48,981 nucleotides of DNA from Gemmatimonadaceae bacterium (GCA_051002815.1 JBPCLX010000251.1:1-48981); one strand, 5' to 3'; shown: positions 35,602 through 45,332, counted from the stretch's first letter. Program-made: numbers and translations. The notes: generated by a model not told the origin, from the sequence alone.

Positions 35602-36888
35602 GTGCAGTTCATCGTCGAGGGCGGTCATCCGCTCTCAGGCTCCATCAGACCCTCGGGCAACAAGAACGCCGCGCTACCGATTATAGCCGCGGCGCTGCTC
35701 ACCGATAAGCCGGTGACGCTGGAGAACGTGCCCCGAATCCGCGACGTCGAAACACTGGTCGAGCTGGTGCGGACGGTCGGTGTGGAGGCGCGCTGGGCAG
35801 ACCGCAACACGCTGGAGATGCACGCCAGGGAGCTGCGAGCCAGTACGCTCGATCCGCAGCTCTGCGCTCGAATCCGCGCCTCGATCCTCCTGGCGGCGCC
35901 GCTGCTCGCCCGGTGCGGCGAGGTGCGGCTTCCCCCTCCGGGCGGTGACGTGATTGGCCGCCGGCGCCTGGACACCCACTTCCTGGCGCTGGAGCAGTTA
36001 GGCGCGCAGTGGGCGCTCGGCGATTCGTTTCACCTGCGGTCCACTGGCTTGCGAGGAGCCGACGTTTTTCTCGATGAACCGAGCGTAACGGGCACCGAGA
36101 ACGCCCTCACCGCTTCCGTTGCCGCGTCAGGCACCACCGTGCTGCGAAACGCGGCGAGCGAGCCTCACGTGCAGGATCTCGCGCGGTTTCTCGTGGCACT
36201 CGGCGCGCGCATCGAAGGAATCGGAACCAATACTCTCACGATCCACGGCGGTGCCCCGCTCGGTGGTGCGCGATACGGAATCGGCCCAGACCATATCGAA
36301 GTGGGCTCCTTCATTGGGCTCGCGGCTGTAACACGTTCGGCGCTGCGCATCGAGGGGGCGGGGGTCGAGTTCCTTCGCATGGTGCTCATGGGATTCGAGC
36401 GGCTGGGAGTAGAATGCGAAAAGGAAGGCGACGACCTGATCATCCCGGCCAATCAATCGCTGCGCATCCGTGACGACATCGGGGGGCACGTCGCCAAGCT
36501 GGAAGACCAGCCGTGGCCCGCATTTCCCGCCGACCTCATGTCCATTGCTATTGTCACCGCCACTCAGTGCACCGGCATAATCCTCATGCACGAGAAGATG
36601 TTCGAGTCGCGAATGTTCTTCGTGGACAAGCTCGTGGCGATGGGCGCGCGCATCGTGCTATGTGACCCACACCGCGCGCTTGTTGCCGGCCCTTCACAGC
36701 TGCGAGGTGCGACGGTCGAGAGTCCGGACATTCGGGCCGGCATGGCAATCCTTCTGGCGGCGCTCTGTGCCAACGGCACGAGCGTGATCCGAAACGTGGG
36801 TCAGATCGAGCGCGGCTACGAGCGGATAGACGAGCGTCTCGCCGCGCTCGGAGCGCGCATCGAGCGAGTGCAGGAGCGGCCCCAGTAG
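35602..36888 (+). CDS. murA: UDP-N-acetylglucosamine 1-carboxyvinyltransferase, Asp variant at the Cys115 position
   Basis: FIVEGGHPLSGSIRPSGNKNAALPIIAAALL and the active-site loop LPPPGGDVIGRRRLDTH. Start placed at GTG 35602, because the ATG at 35548 adds 18 atypical residues. Confidence 0.93.
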   Translation: MQFIVEGGHPLSGSIRPSGNKNAALPIIAAALLTDKPVTLENVPRIRDVETLVELVRTVGVEARWADRNTLEMHARELRASTLDPQLCARIRASILLAAPLLARCGEVRLPPPGGDVIGRRRLDTHFLALEQLGAQWALGDSFHLRSTGLRGADVFLDEPSVTGTENALTASVAASGTTVLRNAASEPHVQDLARFLVALGARIEGIGTNTLTIHGGAPLGGARYGIGPDHIEVGSFIGLAAVTRSALRIEGAGVEFLRMVLMGFERLGVECEKEGDDLIIPANQSLRIRDDIGGHVAKLEDQPWPAFPADLMSIAIVTATQCTGIILMHEKMFESRMFFVDKLVAMGARIVLCDPHRALVAGPSQLRGATVESPDIRAGMAILLAALCANGTSVIRNVGQIERGYERIDERLAALGARIERVQERPQ

Positions 36889-36889
36889 A

Positions 36890-37624
36890 GTGATTGCGCA
36901 CGAGCCGGTTCCGGAGCTCGAGGCCATCGGATTTCACGCCTTTACGACTACGCGCGACGCGGGCTCGTTCAATACGATGTCCCCCGAGCCCGCCGCCGAG
37001 TCCATGACACGATGGCATCGACTGCTCGACTATCTCGGCCAATGGTCGACGCGCTTCGCTACGGCCCGGCAGGTCCACGGCAACGACGTGCTGAGGCACG
37101 CGACCGGATGGGACGGGTGGCTCCGCGGTCTTCCGGCCGACGGTCACTTTGCGCCCGCGCGCGGCACGGCGATGGCAGTCACTGTCGCCGATTGCGTACC
37201 CGTCTTCATCGCACATCCATCCGGCGCCAGCGCGGTTCTCCATGCTGGCTGGCGCGGTACGGCGGGAAATATCCTCGCGCGGGGCATTGAATGCTTCACC
37301 GAAGCGGGACTCGGGGCGAGCGCTCTGGTGGTCCACTTTGGTCCCTCGATATGCGGCGCATGCTACGAAGTGGGTCCCGATGTGTACGAGCGCCTTACGG
37401 CGCGCGCCGTCGAGGAACCGGCGTGCGTCGACCTCCGGGAGTTGCTCGCACGCCAGGCCGCCGAGCTCGGAGTTCGCCAGGTATCGGTGAGCCGGTGGTG
37501 CACCCGGTGCCATAACGAGCGCTTCTTTTCGCACCGGTGCGGCGATCGCGGGCGTCAGCTAGCGGTGATTGTCGCGACAGTTCGAGCGATTCCCGATTCC
37601 CGTTTGCCCCCTCCCGCCAATTGA
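36890..37624 (+). CDS. pgeF: Peptidoglycan editing factor PgeF (YfiH / DUF152 laccase-domain protein)
   Basis: QVHGNDV, TADCVPVFI, HAGWRGT and CTRCHNERFFSHR motifs. The last ~15 codons run into a GATTCCC repeat. Confidence 0.85.
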   Translation: MIAHEPVPELEAIGFHAFTTTRDAGSFNTMSPEPAAESMTRWHRLLDYLGQWSTRFATARQVHGNDVLRHATGWDGWLRGLPADGHFAPARGTAMAVTVADCVPVFIAHPSGASAVLHAGWRGTAGNILARGIECFTEAGLGASALVVHFGPSICGACYEVGPDVYERLTARAVEEPACVDLRELLARQAAELGVRQVSVSRWCTRCHNERFFSHRCGDRGRQLAVIVATVRAIPDSRLPPPAN

Positions 37625-37634
37625 CTCCCCCCCC
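37588..37634. repeat. GATTCCC heptad repeat plus C-tract cluster at the pgeF 3' end
   Basis: GATTCCCGATTCCCG (37588-37602) is identical to 4436-4450. It is followed by CCCCC, CCC and a C8 run (37607-37634). Confidence 0.6.
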
Positions 37635-37638
37635 GCGC

Positions 37639-37650
37639 GAATCTAGATTC
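37639..37650. promoter_or_regulatory. 12-bp perfect palindrome upstream of the rimP-nusA-infB operon (possible operator)
   Basis: GAATCTAGATTC is relatively AT-rich in a GC-rich context. It lies between the pgeF stop and the pgeF terminator. Confidence 0.3.
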
Positions 37651-37689
37651 ACGATTGGCAGCGTGGCCCCCGGGAGCCATGTGCTGGAA

Positions 37690-37717
37690 TGTGGGGATGA
37701 TGCCCCCACATTTTTTT
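37690..37717 (+). terminator. Rho-independent terminator of murA-pgeF
   Basis: Stem TGTGGGG (37690-37696) / CCCCACA (37704-37710), 7-nt loop, then TTTTTTT (37711-37717). Confidence 0.8.
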
Positions 37718-37753
37718 GTTCCCGGACTCTGGCGGCGCCAGCTGAGAAGTTAC

Positions 37754-38212
37754 GTGAGTGATGATCTGCAAACTTTGATAGAACAAGAAGTTGCCGCCAC
37801 CGGTTACGAAGTTGTCGAGGTTCGCCGGGGTGGGTCCAAGTCGCGACCGACGGTTGACGTCCGGATTGATCGGACGGACGGCTCGGCGGTAACAGTGGAG
37901 GATTGTGCGCGCGTGTCCAGGGCGCTGGAACTGGTGCTGGATGCGAGCGGGCTGGTGTCGGAGCGCTACGTGTTGGAGGTGTCGTCACCCGGAGTCGAGC
38001 GACTTCTCCGGCGCCCGTCGGACTGGCAGCGGTTCGCCGGCCGCACGGCAAAAGTATTGAGCGCGCGGCTGGGTGGGCGCGTAGAAATCGAAATAGTCGG
38101 AATCGAGGGGGAGCCAGGGGCGGAGGCGGCGGTGGTGCGCGATGAGCGCGGCACCGAACACCGTGTCCCTCTTGCCGAGGTCAAGGAAGCCCGACTGGCA
38201 TTTCACTGGTAA
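37754..38212 (+). CDS. rimP: Ribosome maturation factor RimP
   Basis: LIEQEVAATGYEVVEVRRGG...VDVRIDR...VTVEDCARVSRALE...YVLEVSSPGVERLL. The GTG at 37754 gives 152 aa and lies downstream of the terminator. The tracked ORF start at 37655 would span the terminator. Confidence 0.88.
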   Translation: MSDDLQTLIEQEVAATGYEVVEVRRGGSKSRPTVDVRIDRTDGSAVTVEDCARVSRALELVLDASGLVSERYVLEVSSPGVERLLRRPSDWQRFAGRTAKVLSARLGGRVEIEIVGIEGEPGAEAAVVRDERGTEHRVPLAEVKEARLAFHW

Positions 38213-38230
38213 CAGGTAAGGAGTTCATAG

Positions 38231-39595
38231 ATGGTCAGTTCCGCCGACATGTTGACCGCGATTCGGGAGATCTCGAACGCCAAGCAGTTGGATCGTGCGG
38301 AGCTTCACGGCCTGCTGGAGAACGGCATCTTCGCGGCGCTGGCGAAGCGATATGGTCCGACCGTGCAGGCCGAGGTCGATATCGACGAAGATCGTGGTCA
38401 GATCCGCATCGTGCGACTCCGCAGTGTCGTTGCCGAGGTGACCGACGACGTGCGCGAGATTTCACTGGATGACGCAAAGTTCTACGACGAGGCGTTCGAA
38501 TTGGGCGATGTCGTCGAGATCCCTGTCGACTTCACCGAGTTCGGCCGCATGGCCGCGCAGGCGGCGAAGCAGCGCATTCTGCAGCTCGTTCGGGAGCGCG
38601 AACGGTCGCGCATCCGTGACGAGTTTGCCGATCGAGTAGGCGAGCTGTTGTCGGGGGAGGTCCAGCAGATCGAGCGCGGCAAGCTGGTGATCATGCTGAA
38701 CAAGTTTCGGGAGGCCGAGGCGATCATTCCGTATCGCGAACAGAATCACCGCGAGCACTACCATCAGGGCGAGACCATTCGGGCCGTGCTCAAGCGAGTT
38801 GAGGAGACCCCCAAGGGGCCTCGCCTGATCATGAGCCGCGCCGACGGACTGTTCGTCGTGGCGCTGTTCAAGCTCGAGGTTCCGGAGATTCAGCAGGGAA
38901 TCGTCGAGATCAAGGAGGTCGCGCGCGAAGTCGGATTCCGCACCAAGATCGCCGTGTTCTCGCGCGACGATGCCATCGACCCTGTCGGTGCGTGCGTGGG
39001 TCTCAAGGGCTCGCGCGTGCAGGCCGTGGTCAATGAGCTCGGAGGCGAGCGCATCGACATCGTGCCCTGGTCGCCCGATCCCGAGCGGTTCGCGAAAATG
39101 GCGCTCGCCCCAGCGAGAATTGCCCGGGTGTTCAGCGATCCGGCCGGGAAGACGATTCAGGCGGTGGTGGACGAGGATCAGCTTTCGCTCGCGATAGGCA
39201 AGAACGGCCAGAACGTGCGCCTTGCCTCGGAACTCACCGGATGGAAGATCGACCTGTACTCGAGCCGTGAATGGCTGGAGCGTGGTGGCGAGGCTCCGCT
39301 GTTCGCTCCGCTGCCTGACGAAGAGGAGGCACCGGACTTCCAGCTTACCGAGATCGATGGCCTGGGTCCGGCGACGGTGGCCATTCTCGAGCATGGCGGC
39401 TATCGAATGCTCAATGACATCATCGATCTGGAGCGTGAGGATTTCCTCAAGCTTCCGGGCATTGCGCCCGAGGAGGCAGATCGCATCATGGCGATGATCA
39501 ACGAGTTGACCGAAGAGGGATCGGCTCCCGATGCAAACGGGGCGTCGGCCGACGCTCCACCCGAGGAGCCGCCGTTGGAAGGACAACCGGCGTGA
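38231..39595 (+). CDS. nusA: Transcription termination/antitermination factor NusA
   Basis: N-terminal domain, S1 (GEVQQIERGKLVIMLN), KH1/KH2 (VGACVGLKGSRVQAV, LAIGKNGQNVRLASELTGWKIDL), and C-terminal HhH repeats. Confidence 0.96.
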   Translation: MVSSADMLTAIREISNAKQLDRAELHGLLENGIFAALAKRYGPTVQAEVDIDEDRGQIRIVRLRSVVAEVTDDVREISLDDAKFYDEAFELGDVVEIPVDFTEFGRMAAQAAKQRILQLVRERERSRIRDEFADRVGELLSGEVQQIERGKLVIMLNKFREAEAIIPYREQNHREHYHQGETIRAVLKRVEETPKGPRLIMSRADGLFVVALFKLEVPEIQQGIVEIKEVAREVGFRTKIAVFSRDDAIDPVGACVGLKGSRVQAVVNELGGERIDIVPWSPDPERFAKMALAPARIARVFSDPAGKTIQAVVDEDQLSLAIGKNGQNVRLASELTGWKIDLYSSREWLERGGEAPLFAPLPDEEEAPDFQLTEIDGLGPATVAILEHGGYRMLNDIIDLEREDFLKLPGIAPEEADRIMAMINELTEEGSAPDANGASADAPPEEPPLEGQPA

Positions 39596-39948
39596 CCGGC
39601 ACGCCGGCCGAGCCGCTCTCGGAGGTTCAGTGGCGGCGGATCGCGGGCTTGATAGGGCTTGGAGCGCGCGGACGGCTGGTCGTGGTAGGCGTGGAGCAGG
39701 TTCGCAATGCAGCAAAGCGCGGAAAGGTACAGGTGGCCGTGGTGGCACCTGATGTTTCGCGGCATAGCAAGGACAAGATCATGCCGCTCCTTCGGGCACG
39801 GCAGGTCACGATAGTGGAAGGGCCTTCGGCGTCCGCATTGGGCGCGGCGGTCGGCAGGGAATCGACGGCGGTCGTCGGCATCCTGGATCGCGATCTGGCG
39901 CGCGGCGTTCGCGCGGCTTGGAACGCGGCCGGGGCCTCGACCCCATAG
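39592..39948 (+). CDS. L7Ae/L30e-family RNA-binding protein (YlxQ-like)
   Basis: LIGLGARGRLVVVGVEQVRNAAKRGKVQVAVVAPDVS...LGAAVGRESTAVVGILD follows the YlxQ pattern. GTGA overlap with nusA. Confidence 0.7.
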   Translation: MTGTPAEPLSEVQWRRIAGLIGLGARGRLVVVGVEQVRNAAKRGKVQVAVVAPDVSRHSKDKIMPLLRARQVTIVEGPSASALGAAVGRESTAVVGILDRDLARGVRAAWNAAGASTP

Positions 39949-39952
39949 GAGA

Positions 39953-42778
39953 ATGGTTTTGATCAAGCTTCGGGTGCACGACCTGGCTGGTGAGTTCGGG
40001 ATTTCCAGTGAGGAGCTGGTAAACATGCTCCGGCAACTGGATGTCCCGGTTCGCAGTCATATGAGCGAGCTGACTGATGACCAGGTGTCACGGCTGCGTG
40101 CCCGCTGGGAGCGGGAGAAGCGCGCGCGCGCCGAAAAAACGGCGGCGGCGCCGACTCGTCGCCGTCGCGGAACGGCCAAGACGGCGGCGAAGGCAGAAAA
40201 GCCTGCTGCCGCTCCTGTCGAGGCGCCCGGTGTGGAGCCGGCGCAGAAGGCCGATTCGGCCGGCTCGTCAGGCGGTCCGGTCAAGGTGCGGCGTCGTAAG
40301 GCAGCAGATGTTGCCGCCGCCCAGGCCGAGCAGGACGCGCACGATGTCGCCGCCGCCGAAGTGGCCGCGCCGCCGGCCGAGGTCGAGCCGCCGCGCGAAG
40401 CCGCACCGGTCGCCGAAACCGAGATACCGCGCACGCCGAAGCTGGAGCCGGCCCCGAGCCACGCCTCGCCATCCGCCGCCACTCCGCCCGATGCTCGCCC
40501 CGAGCGTACAGCGGCACAGGGAGCCGCGCCAGTCTCTCCGCCTTCAGATGACCGGTCGGCGCCGCGACGCCCCGCCCCGACTCCCCAGGAGCGTGAGCCG
40601 CGCCAGTCGGTTCCGGCTCACGCCGGTACTTCGACGCGCTCACACACCCAGGATTTGCGCCGCCCCACGCCGGTGACGCGAGACATGCCGCGTCGACCTA
40701 TGCCTGTGGCCTCCGCTACACCGTTCCCGTCCCGGCCGGCGTCAGCTGCCGGCGCCCCCTCCGGGGGAGGCGCGTCTGCACCGGCCGGCGCACCGCCGGC
40801 TCGCAGAGAAGAGCCGCGACGCGGCGGCAAGCGCAAGAAGGGCAAGCGCGGAAACGTGGATCAGGAAGCCGTCACGCAGAACATCGCGCGCACCATGGGA
40901 CAGATGCGCGCGGCGCCGACGAGGCGTGGCGGTCGCCGCGACGACGGGTCGGCACGTGAGGAGCTCGAGGCACAGCGGCGGGAGATGGCCGAGCGCGAGC
41001 GGAAGACGGTGCGCGTGAACGAGTTCATCACGGTGAGCGAGCTTGCCGAAACGCTGGGAATTTCCGCGTCGCAGATCGTGGGATTTGCGTTCAAGAATCT
41101 CGGGTTGATGATCACCATCAATCAGCGGCTCGACTTCGACCAGATCGAAATGGTCGCCGGCGAGTTCGGTTTCCAGGCCATGCGCGAAGAGGAATACGCC
41201 GCACCGGCAGAGGAGATTGCCAAGGACGCGCCGGAAGACCTCAACTGGCGGCCTCCGGTTGTCACCATCATGGGCCACGTCGACCACGGGAAGACTTCGC
41301 TGCTCGACTACATTCGCACGGCGACCGTAGTTGCCGGTGAAGCCGGCGGCATTACGCAGCACATCGGCGCCTATCACGTATCGCTGCCGGACCGCAGGGC
41401 AATCACCTTTCTCGATACGCCTGGCCACGAAGCGTTTACCGCGATGCGGGCGCGTGGCGCCCAGATCACCGACATCGTCGTGCTCGTCGTTGCCGCCGAT
41501 GATCAGGTCATGCCGCAGACCATCGAGGCCATTTCGCATGCCAAGAACGCCGGCGTGCCGATGGTGGTGGCCATCAACAAGATCGACCTACCTAACGCAA
41601 ACGTCGCCAAGGTCAAGCAGGACCTCCTACAGCACGGCGTCGTGCTGGAGGACTTCGGTGGCGACACGCTTCACACGCAGATCTCGGCCAAGAAGGGCAC
41701 CAACGTTCAGGAACTGCTCGATCAGATTCTGCTGCAGGCCGAAATTCTCGATCTCAAGGCCAACGCCGACCGCCGCGCAAGCGGAACGGTCATCGAAGCG
41801 CAGCTCGATCCAGGCAAGGGCGCGGTGGCTACCGTGCTCGTGCAGAACGGCACTCTGCGCGTGGGAGACGACTTCATCGTCGGCATGTACTCCGGCCGCG
41901 TCCGTGCGCTGCTCGATGAGCGCGGCAAGGTCGTCAAGGAAGCGGTGCCGGCGATTCCGGTTCAGGTGCTGGGCCTGAACGGCACGCCGACCGCCGGCGA
42001 TCAGTTCATTGTGGTCGAGGATGCTCAGTCGGCGCGAGACATTGCGCAGCGCCGCGAACGGCTCGATCGCGAGGCGAGGAGCCGGCGCACGACCAAGGGC
42101 GCCGTGACGCTCGAGGACTTCATGACCCAGGCAGCCGCCGGTGAGACCCGGATGCTCAACCTGATCATCAAGGCCGATCAGGGCGGCCCGGCGGAAGCGC
42201 TTGCCGATGCATTGCAACAGCTGTCTAACGAAGAAGTGCAGGTCGACGTCATCCAACGCGGCGTCGGGGCCATCTCGGAGAGTGACATTCTTCTCGCCAA
42301 GACCGCGGGCGCCATCATCATCGGCTTCCACGTGCGCCCGGACACCAAGGCGCGTGCATCGGCCGAGCGTGAAGGCGTGGACATCAAGCTGTATCGCGTC
42401 ATCTACGACGCAGTCTCGGATGTGCGCGCCGCTCTCGAGGGGCTGTTGCGGCCCGAACAGAGGGACGTCGTCACCGCCGAAATCGAAGTGCGCGAAGTCT
42501 TCAAGGTGCCGAAGGCCGGCACGATTGCCGGCAGCTTCGTGCGCAGTGGCACGGTCACCCGTGGCAACCGCATTCGCGTCATTCGCGATGGAGTCGAGGT
42601 GTACGAGGGAACGATCGACTCGCTCCGTCGCTTCAAGGATGATGTGCGCGAGGTGCGCGAAGGGTTCGAATGCGGAATCGGAATCGCCAATTTCAACGAC
42701 ATCAAGCTCGGCGACGTCCTGGAGACGTATCGCACGGAGGAGGTGGCGCGGACGCTTCAGCCGAGCCCCGCGTCCTGA
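39953..42778 (+). CDS. infB: Translation initiation factor IF-2
   Basis: N-terminal IF2_N ([23 protein letters not shown]), a long Ala/Pro/Arg-rich linker, G-domain [24 protein letters not shown], and NKID. Confidence 0.97.
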   Translation: MVLIKLRVHDLAGEFGISSEELVNMLRQLDVPVRSHMSELTDDQVSRLRARWEREKRARAEKTAAAPTRRRRGTAKTAAKAEKPAAAPVEAPGVEPAQKADSAGSSGGPVKVRRRKAADVAAAQAEQDAHDVAAAEVAAPPAEVEPPREAAPVAETEIPRTPKLEPAPSHASPSAATPPDARPERTAAQGAAPVSPPSDDRSAPRRPAPTPQEREPRQSVPAHAGTSTRSHTQDLRRPTPVTRDMPRRPMPVASATPFPSRPASAAGAPSGGGASAPAGAPPARREEPRRGGKRKKGKRGNVDQEAVTQNIARTMGQMRAAPTRRGGRRDDGSAREELEAQRREMAERERKTVRVNEFITVSELAETLGISASQIVGFAFKNLGLMITINQRLDFDQIEMVAGEFGFQAMREEEYAAPAEEIAKDAPEDLNWRPPVVTIMGHVDHGKTSLLDYIRTATVVAGEAGGITQHIGAYHVSLPDRRAITFLDTPGHEAFTAMRARGAQITDIVVLVVAADDQVMPQTIEAISHAKNAGVPMVVAINKIDLPNANVAKVKQDLLQHGVVLEDFGGDTLHTQISAKKGTNVQELLDQILLQAEILDLKANADRRASGTVIEAQLDPGKGAVATVLVQNGTLRVGDDFIVGMYSGRVRALLDERGKVVKEAVPAIPVQVLGLNGTPTAGDQFIVVEDAQSARDIAQRRERLDREARSRRTTKGAVTLEDFMTQAAAGETRMLNLIIKADQGGPAEALADALQQLSNEEVQVDVIQRGVGAISESDILLAKTAGAIIIGFHVRPDTKARASAEREGVDIKLYRVIYDAVSDVRAALEGLLRPEQRDVVTAEIEVREVFKVPKAGTIAGSFVRSGTVTRGNRIRVIRDGVEVYEGTIDSLRRFKDDVREVREGFECGIGIANFNDIKLGDVLETYRTEEVARTLQPSPAS

Positions 42779-42781
42779 GGC

Positions 42782-43063
42782 GTGGTGATCGGCGTGGTTT
42801 CGTGGGAGGTGCACCTGCCGGGCGCGGCTTCCCTGAAGGACAAGCGGTCCGTCCTGCGCAGCCTGAAGGACCGCCTGCATAACGAGTTCAACGTGTCGGT
42901 GGCCGAAACCGGTCACCATGACGTGTGGCAGCGCGCCGAGATCACCGCGTGCACGGTTGCCACCGACCGCCGCCACGCCGCCTCCGTGCTCTCCTCGGCC
43001 GACCGCATGGTCGCCTCCGCGCCAACGTGCCGGATCATCGATTCCATCACCACCTTCCTGTGA
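42782..43063 (+). CDS. DUF503 protein (YlxP-like)
   Basis: VIGVVSWEVHLPGAASLKDKRSVLRSLKDRLHNEFNVSVAE. The size and the infB-rbfA position are typical of DUF503. Confidence 0.75.
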   Translation: MVIGVVSWEVHLPGAASLKDKRSVLRSLKDRLHNEFNVSVAETGHHDVWQRAEITACTVATDRRHAASVLSSADRMVASAPTCRIIDSITTFL

Positions 43064-43072
43064 GGCAGCGGA

Positions 43073-43456
43073 ATGGCGCACGATAGCCGCCGCAGCGAGC
43101 GCGTGGCCGAAGGCATTCGGGAAGAAGTGGCTCGCTTTCTCTCGACCGAAGCCAAGGATCCGCGCATCCAGGGTCTCGTCACCGTTACCGCGGTGGATGT
43201 GACCCCGGATCTGCGCACCGCGCGCGTGTTCGTCAGCGTCATGGGAACCGAGGCGGAGAAGCAGTCCACCTTCGAGGGGCTCGACAGCCTGGCTGGGTAT
43301 CTGCGCGGCTCGCTCGGCCGAATTCTGCGACTTCGCTTCGCGCCCGAGCTGAGCTTCCGTCTGGATCCGTCGGTCGAGCACGCCGCGCGAATCGAGACAC
43401 TCCTCGCGCGGATAAAAGACGGAACACTTCCGCCTGACGAGGATGTCGACGCGTGA
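43073..43456 (+). CDS. rbfA: Ribosome-binding factor A
   Basis: RVAEGIREEVARFLSTEAKDPRI..VTVTAVDVTPDLRTARVFVSV and LRFAPELSFRLD. Confidence 0.93.
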   Translation: MAHDSRRSERVAEGIREEVARFLSTEAKDPRIQGLVTVTAVDVTPDLRTARVFVSVMGTEAEKQSTFEGLDSLAGYLRGSLGRILRLRFAPELSFRLDPSVEHAARIETLLARIKDGTLPPDEDVDA

Positions 43457-44348
43457 TGGGCTGTTGCTCGTTGACAAGCCGGCCGGCATGACATCGCACG
43501 ACGTCGTGCTCGCTGCACGCCGGGCCATCGGCGAGCCACGCATTGGGCACGCCGGCACGCTGGATCCATTCGCCACGGGATTGCTCGTGCTGCTTCTGGG
43601 GCGTGCCACGCGGCTGCTGCCTTACATGAACGGCGAGCCCAAGCGCTACACGGCTACGATCCGCTTCGGCGTCGAAACCGATACCGACGACCTGGAGGGA
43701 TCGGTCGTCCGAACCGCACCGCCGCCCTCTCGTCAGGCGGTGGAAGATGCGATCCCCGCCCTTACCGGGACGATCGACCAGCTTCCACCGGCCTACTCCG
43801 CCAAGCACGTAGGCGGCAAGCGTGCCTACGACCTTGCGCGAGCGGGCGAGACGCCGGCGCTCGCGGCAGTGCCGGTGACCGTCCATGAGTGGCGCCTTGG
43901 CGCGTGGCGCGATCACGACCTCGACGTCGAGATCACCTGCGGCGGGGGAACCTACATTCGCGCACTGGCCCGCGACCTGGGACGGCTCACTGGCAGCGCC
44001 GCTCATCTGAAGGCGCTGCGACGGACGGCGATCGGGCCCTTCCGAGTCGAGGACGCGGCAACAGTTTCCGACCTGCAGGAGCAACGCGCGCGTCTGCGGC
44101 CGCCGCTCGAAGCCCTCGCGGGAATGGGTACTCAGCGGCTCGTGCCCGCCGACATCACCCGCGTCGTTCGCGGCCAGGAGGTTCCGGCAACAGTCGAGGG
44201 TGACCGCGCCGCCCTTCTGGCTGGAGACAGCGAAACCCTGGTCGCACTTGCCGAACGCCGCGGCGAACGGTGGCAGCCGCGCGTGGTGATGGCCAAGCCG
44301 GGTAAAGAGGGCGGTGAATCGACTTCCTCCGAGAACAGCGTTGGCTAG
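43443..44348 (+). CDS. truB: tRNA pseudouridine(55) synthase
   Basis: DGLLLVDKPAGMTSHDVV, the catalytic GHAGTLDPFATGLLVLLLG, and QLPPAYSAKHVGGKRAY. Confidence 0.95.
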   Translation: MSTRDGLLLVDKPAGMTSHDVVLAARRAIGEPRIGHAGTLDPFATGLLVLLLGRATRLLPYMNGEPKRYTATIRFGVETDTDDLEGSVVRTAPPPSRQAVEDAIPALTGTIDQLPPAYSAKHVGGKRAYDLARAGETPALAAVPVTVHEWRLGAWRDHDLDVEITCGGGTYIRALARDLGRLTGSAAHLKALRRTAIGPFRVEDAATVSDLQEQRARLRPPLEALAGMGTQRLVPADITRVVRGQEVPATVEGDRAALLAGDSETLVALAERRGERWQPRVVMAKPGKEGGESTSSENSVG

Positions 44349-45315
44349 CCGCTTTCGTGGTTGGGAAGATTCCGGCCTTCCGCCGGACTCACCAGGCACC
44401 ATTTGCACGGTCGGCACCTTCGATGGCGTGCACCGCGGCCACCAGTTGGTACTGTCGCGCATAGCCGAGCGTGCAGATCGGACCGGGTTGCACAGCGTAC
44501 TGGTCACCTTCGATCCGCACCCGCTGGAGGTCGTTCGGCCGCAGCATGCTCCCGCGCTTCTTACCGTAGGCCGGGAAAAGCTCGAGGTCGTTGCACAGAG
44601 CGGCATCAACTACGTCGCAATCGTTCCCTTTACCGACGCGCTTCGCCGATTCACCGCCGCGCAGTTCGTGGACGAGGTGCTGCTGCGCCGCTTCCACGTT
44701 CGGCAGCTCGTAATTGGATACGATCACCACTTCGGCCGGGGACGCGAGGGAAGCGCCGATGTCATGCGCGAACTGGGTGAGCAGAGGGGATTCGACGTCG
44801 AGGTGCTAGGGCCGGTCACGGCGACCGATGCGGCGCCCATTTCGTCGTCGCGAATCCGTCGCGAGATCACCTCGGGGAACCTCGATCAAGCGGCGACGAT
44901 GCTGGGCCGTCCTTATTCAGTCTCGGGAACGGTGCGCCAGGGGGACCGCCGCGGCCGTCTGCTCGGCTTTCCCACGATAAATCTCGGTTCGCCTCCTGAG
45001 CGGAAGCTTCTGCCACGGAACGGTGTATACGCCGTGCGTGTGCGATCGAGCGCCGGTACGTTTGGCGGGATGATGAATCTCGGGGGACGACCCACGTTTG
45101 GCGACGCGACCATTTCGCTGGAAGCGCACCTGTTCGAGGCCGACCTGGACCTGTACGGCCACCATGTCTCGATCGAGTTCCTCAGGTACTTGCGCGAGAC
45201 GCGACCGTTTGACGGGGCCGAGGCGCTCGTCGCGCAGCTACATAGGGATGCGGACGCGGCCAAGGCCGCGTTGACTCCGCACGGCGCCATTTCTAACCTT
45301 CAGGTCTCTCCCTAA
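44314..45315 (+). CDS. ribF: Bifunctional riboflavin kinase / FMN adenylyltransferase
   Basis: VGTFDGVHRGHQ, IGYDHHFG, GFPTINL, and the C-terminal kinase EAHLF...LYG. The start is uncertain (GTG 44314 or TTG 44341). Confidence 0.92.
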   Translation: MNRLPPRTALASRFRGWEDSGLPPDSPGTICTVGTFDGVHRGHQLVLSRIAERADRTGLHSVLVTFDPHPLEVVRPQHAPALLTVGREKLEVVAQSGINYVAIVPFTDALRRFTAAQFVDEVLLRRFHVRQLVIGYDHHFGRGREGSADVMRELGEQRGFDVEVLGPVTATDAAPISSSRIRREITSGNLDQAATMLGRPYSVSGTVRQGDRRGRLLGFPTINLGSPPERKLLPRNGVYAVRVRSSAGTFGGMMNLGGRPTFGDATISLEAHLFEADLDLYGHHVSIEFLRYLRETRPFDGAEALVAQLHRDADAAKAALTPHGAISNLQVSP

Positions 45316-45332
45316 ACCTCTATCGCAGTAGA

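Noticed and set aside
40100-40900. Ala/Pro/Arg-rich low-complexity segment of IF-2, considered as a possible repeat or insertion
   Set aside because: Long, poorly conserved, charged Ala/Pro-rich linkers between the IF2_N and G domains are normal in high-GC bacteria. No clear tandem DNA periodicity was seen.
42671-42683. GGAATCGGAATCG inside infB, resembling the complement of the GATTCCC heptad repeat
   Set aside because: It has one G fewer per unit, so the period is 6 rather than 7. It encodes the conserved IF-2 residues ...ECGIGIANF. It is a coincidental product of a Gly-Ile-Gly-Ile dipeptide repeat.
41627-43609. 660-aa minus-strand ORF
   Set aside because: It is antisense to infB, DUF503, rbfA and truB, which all have strong family signatures. 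Its composition is shadow-ORF-like and it has no motifs.
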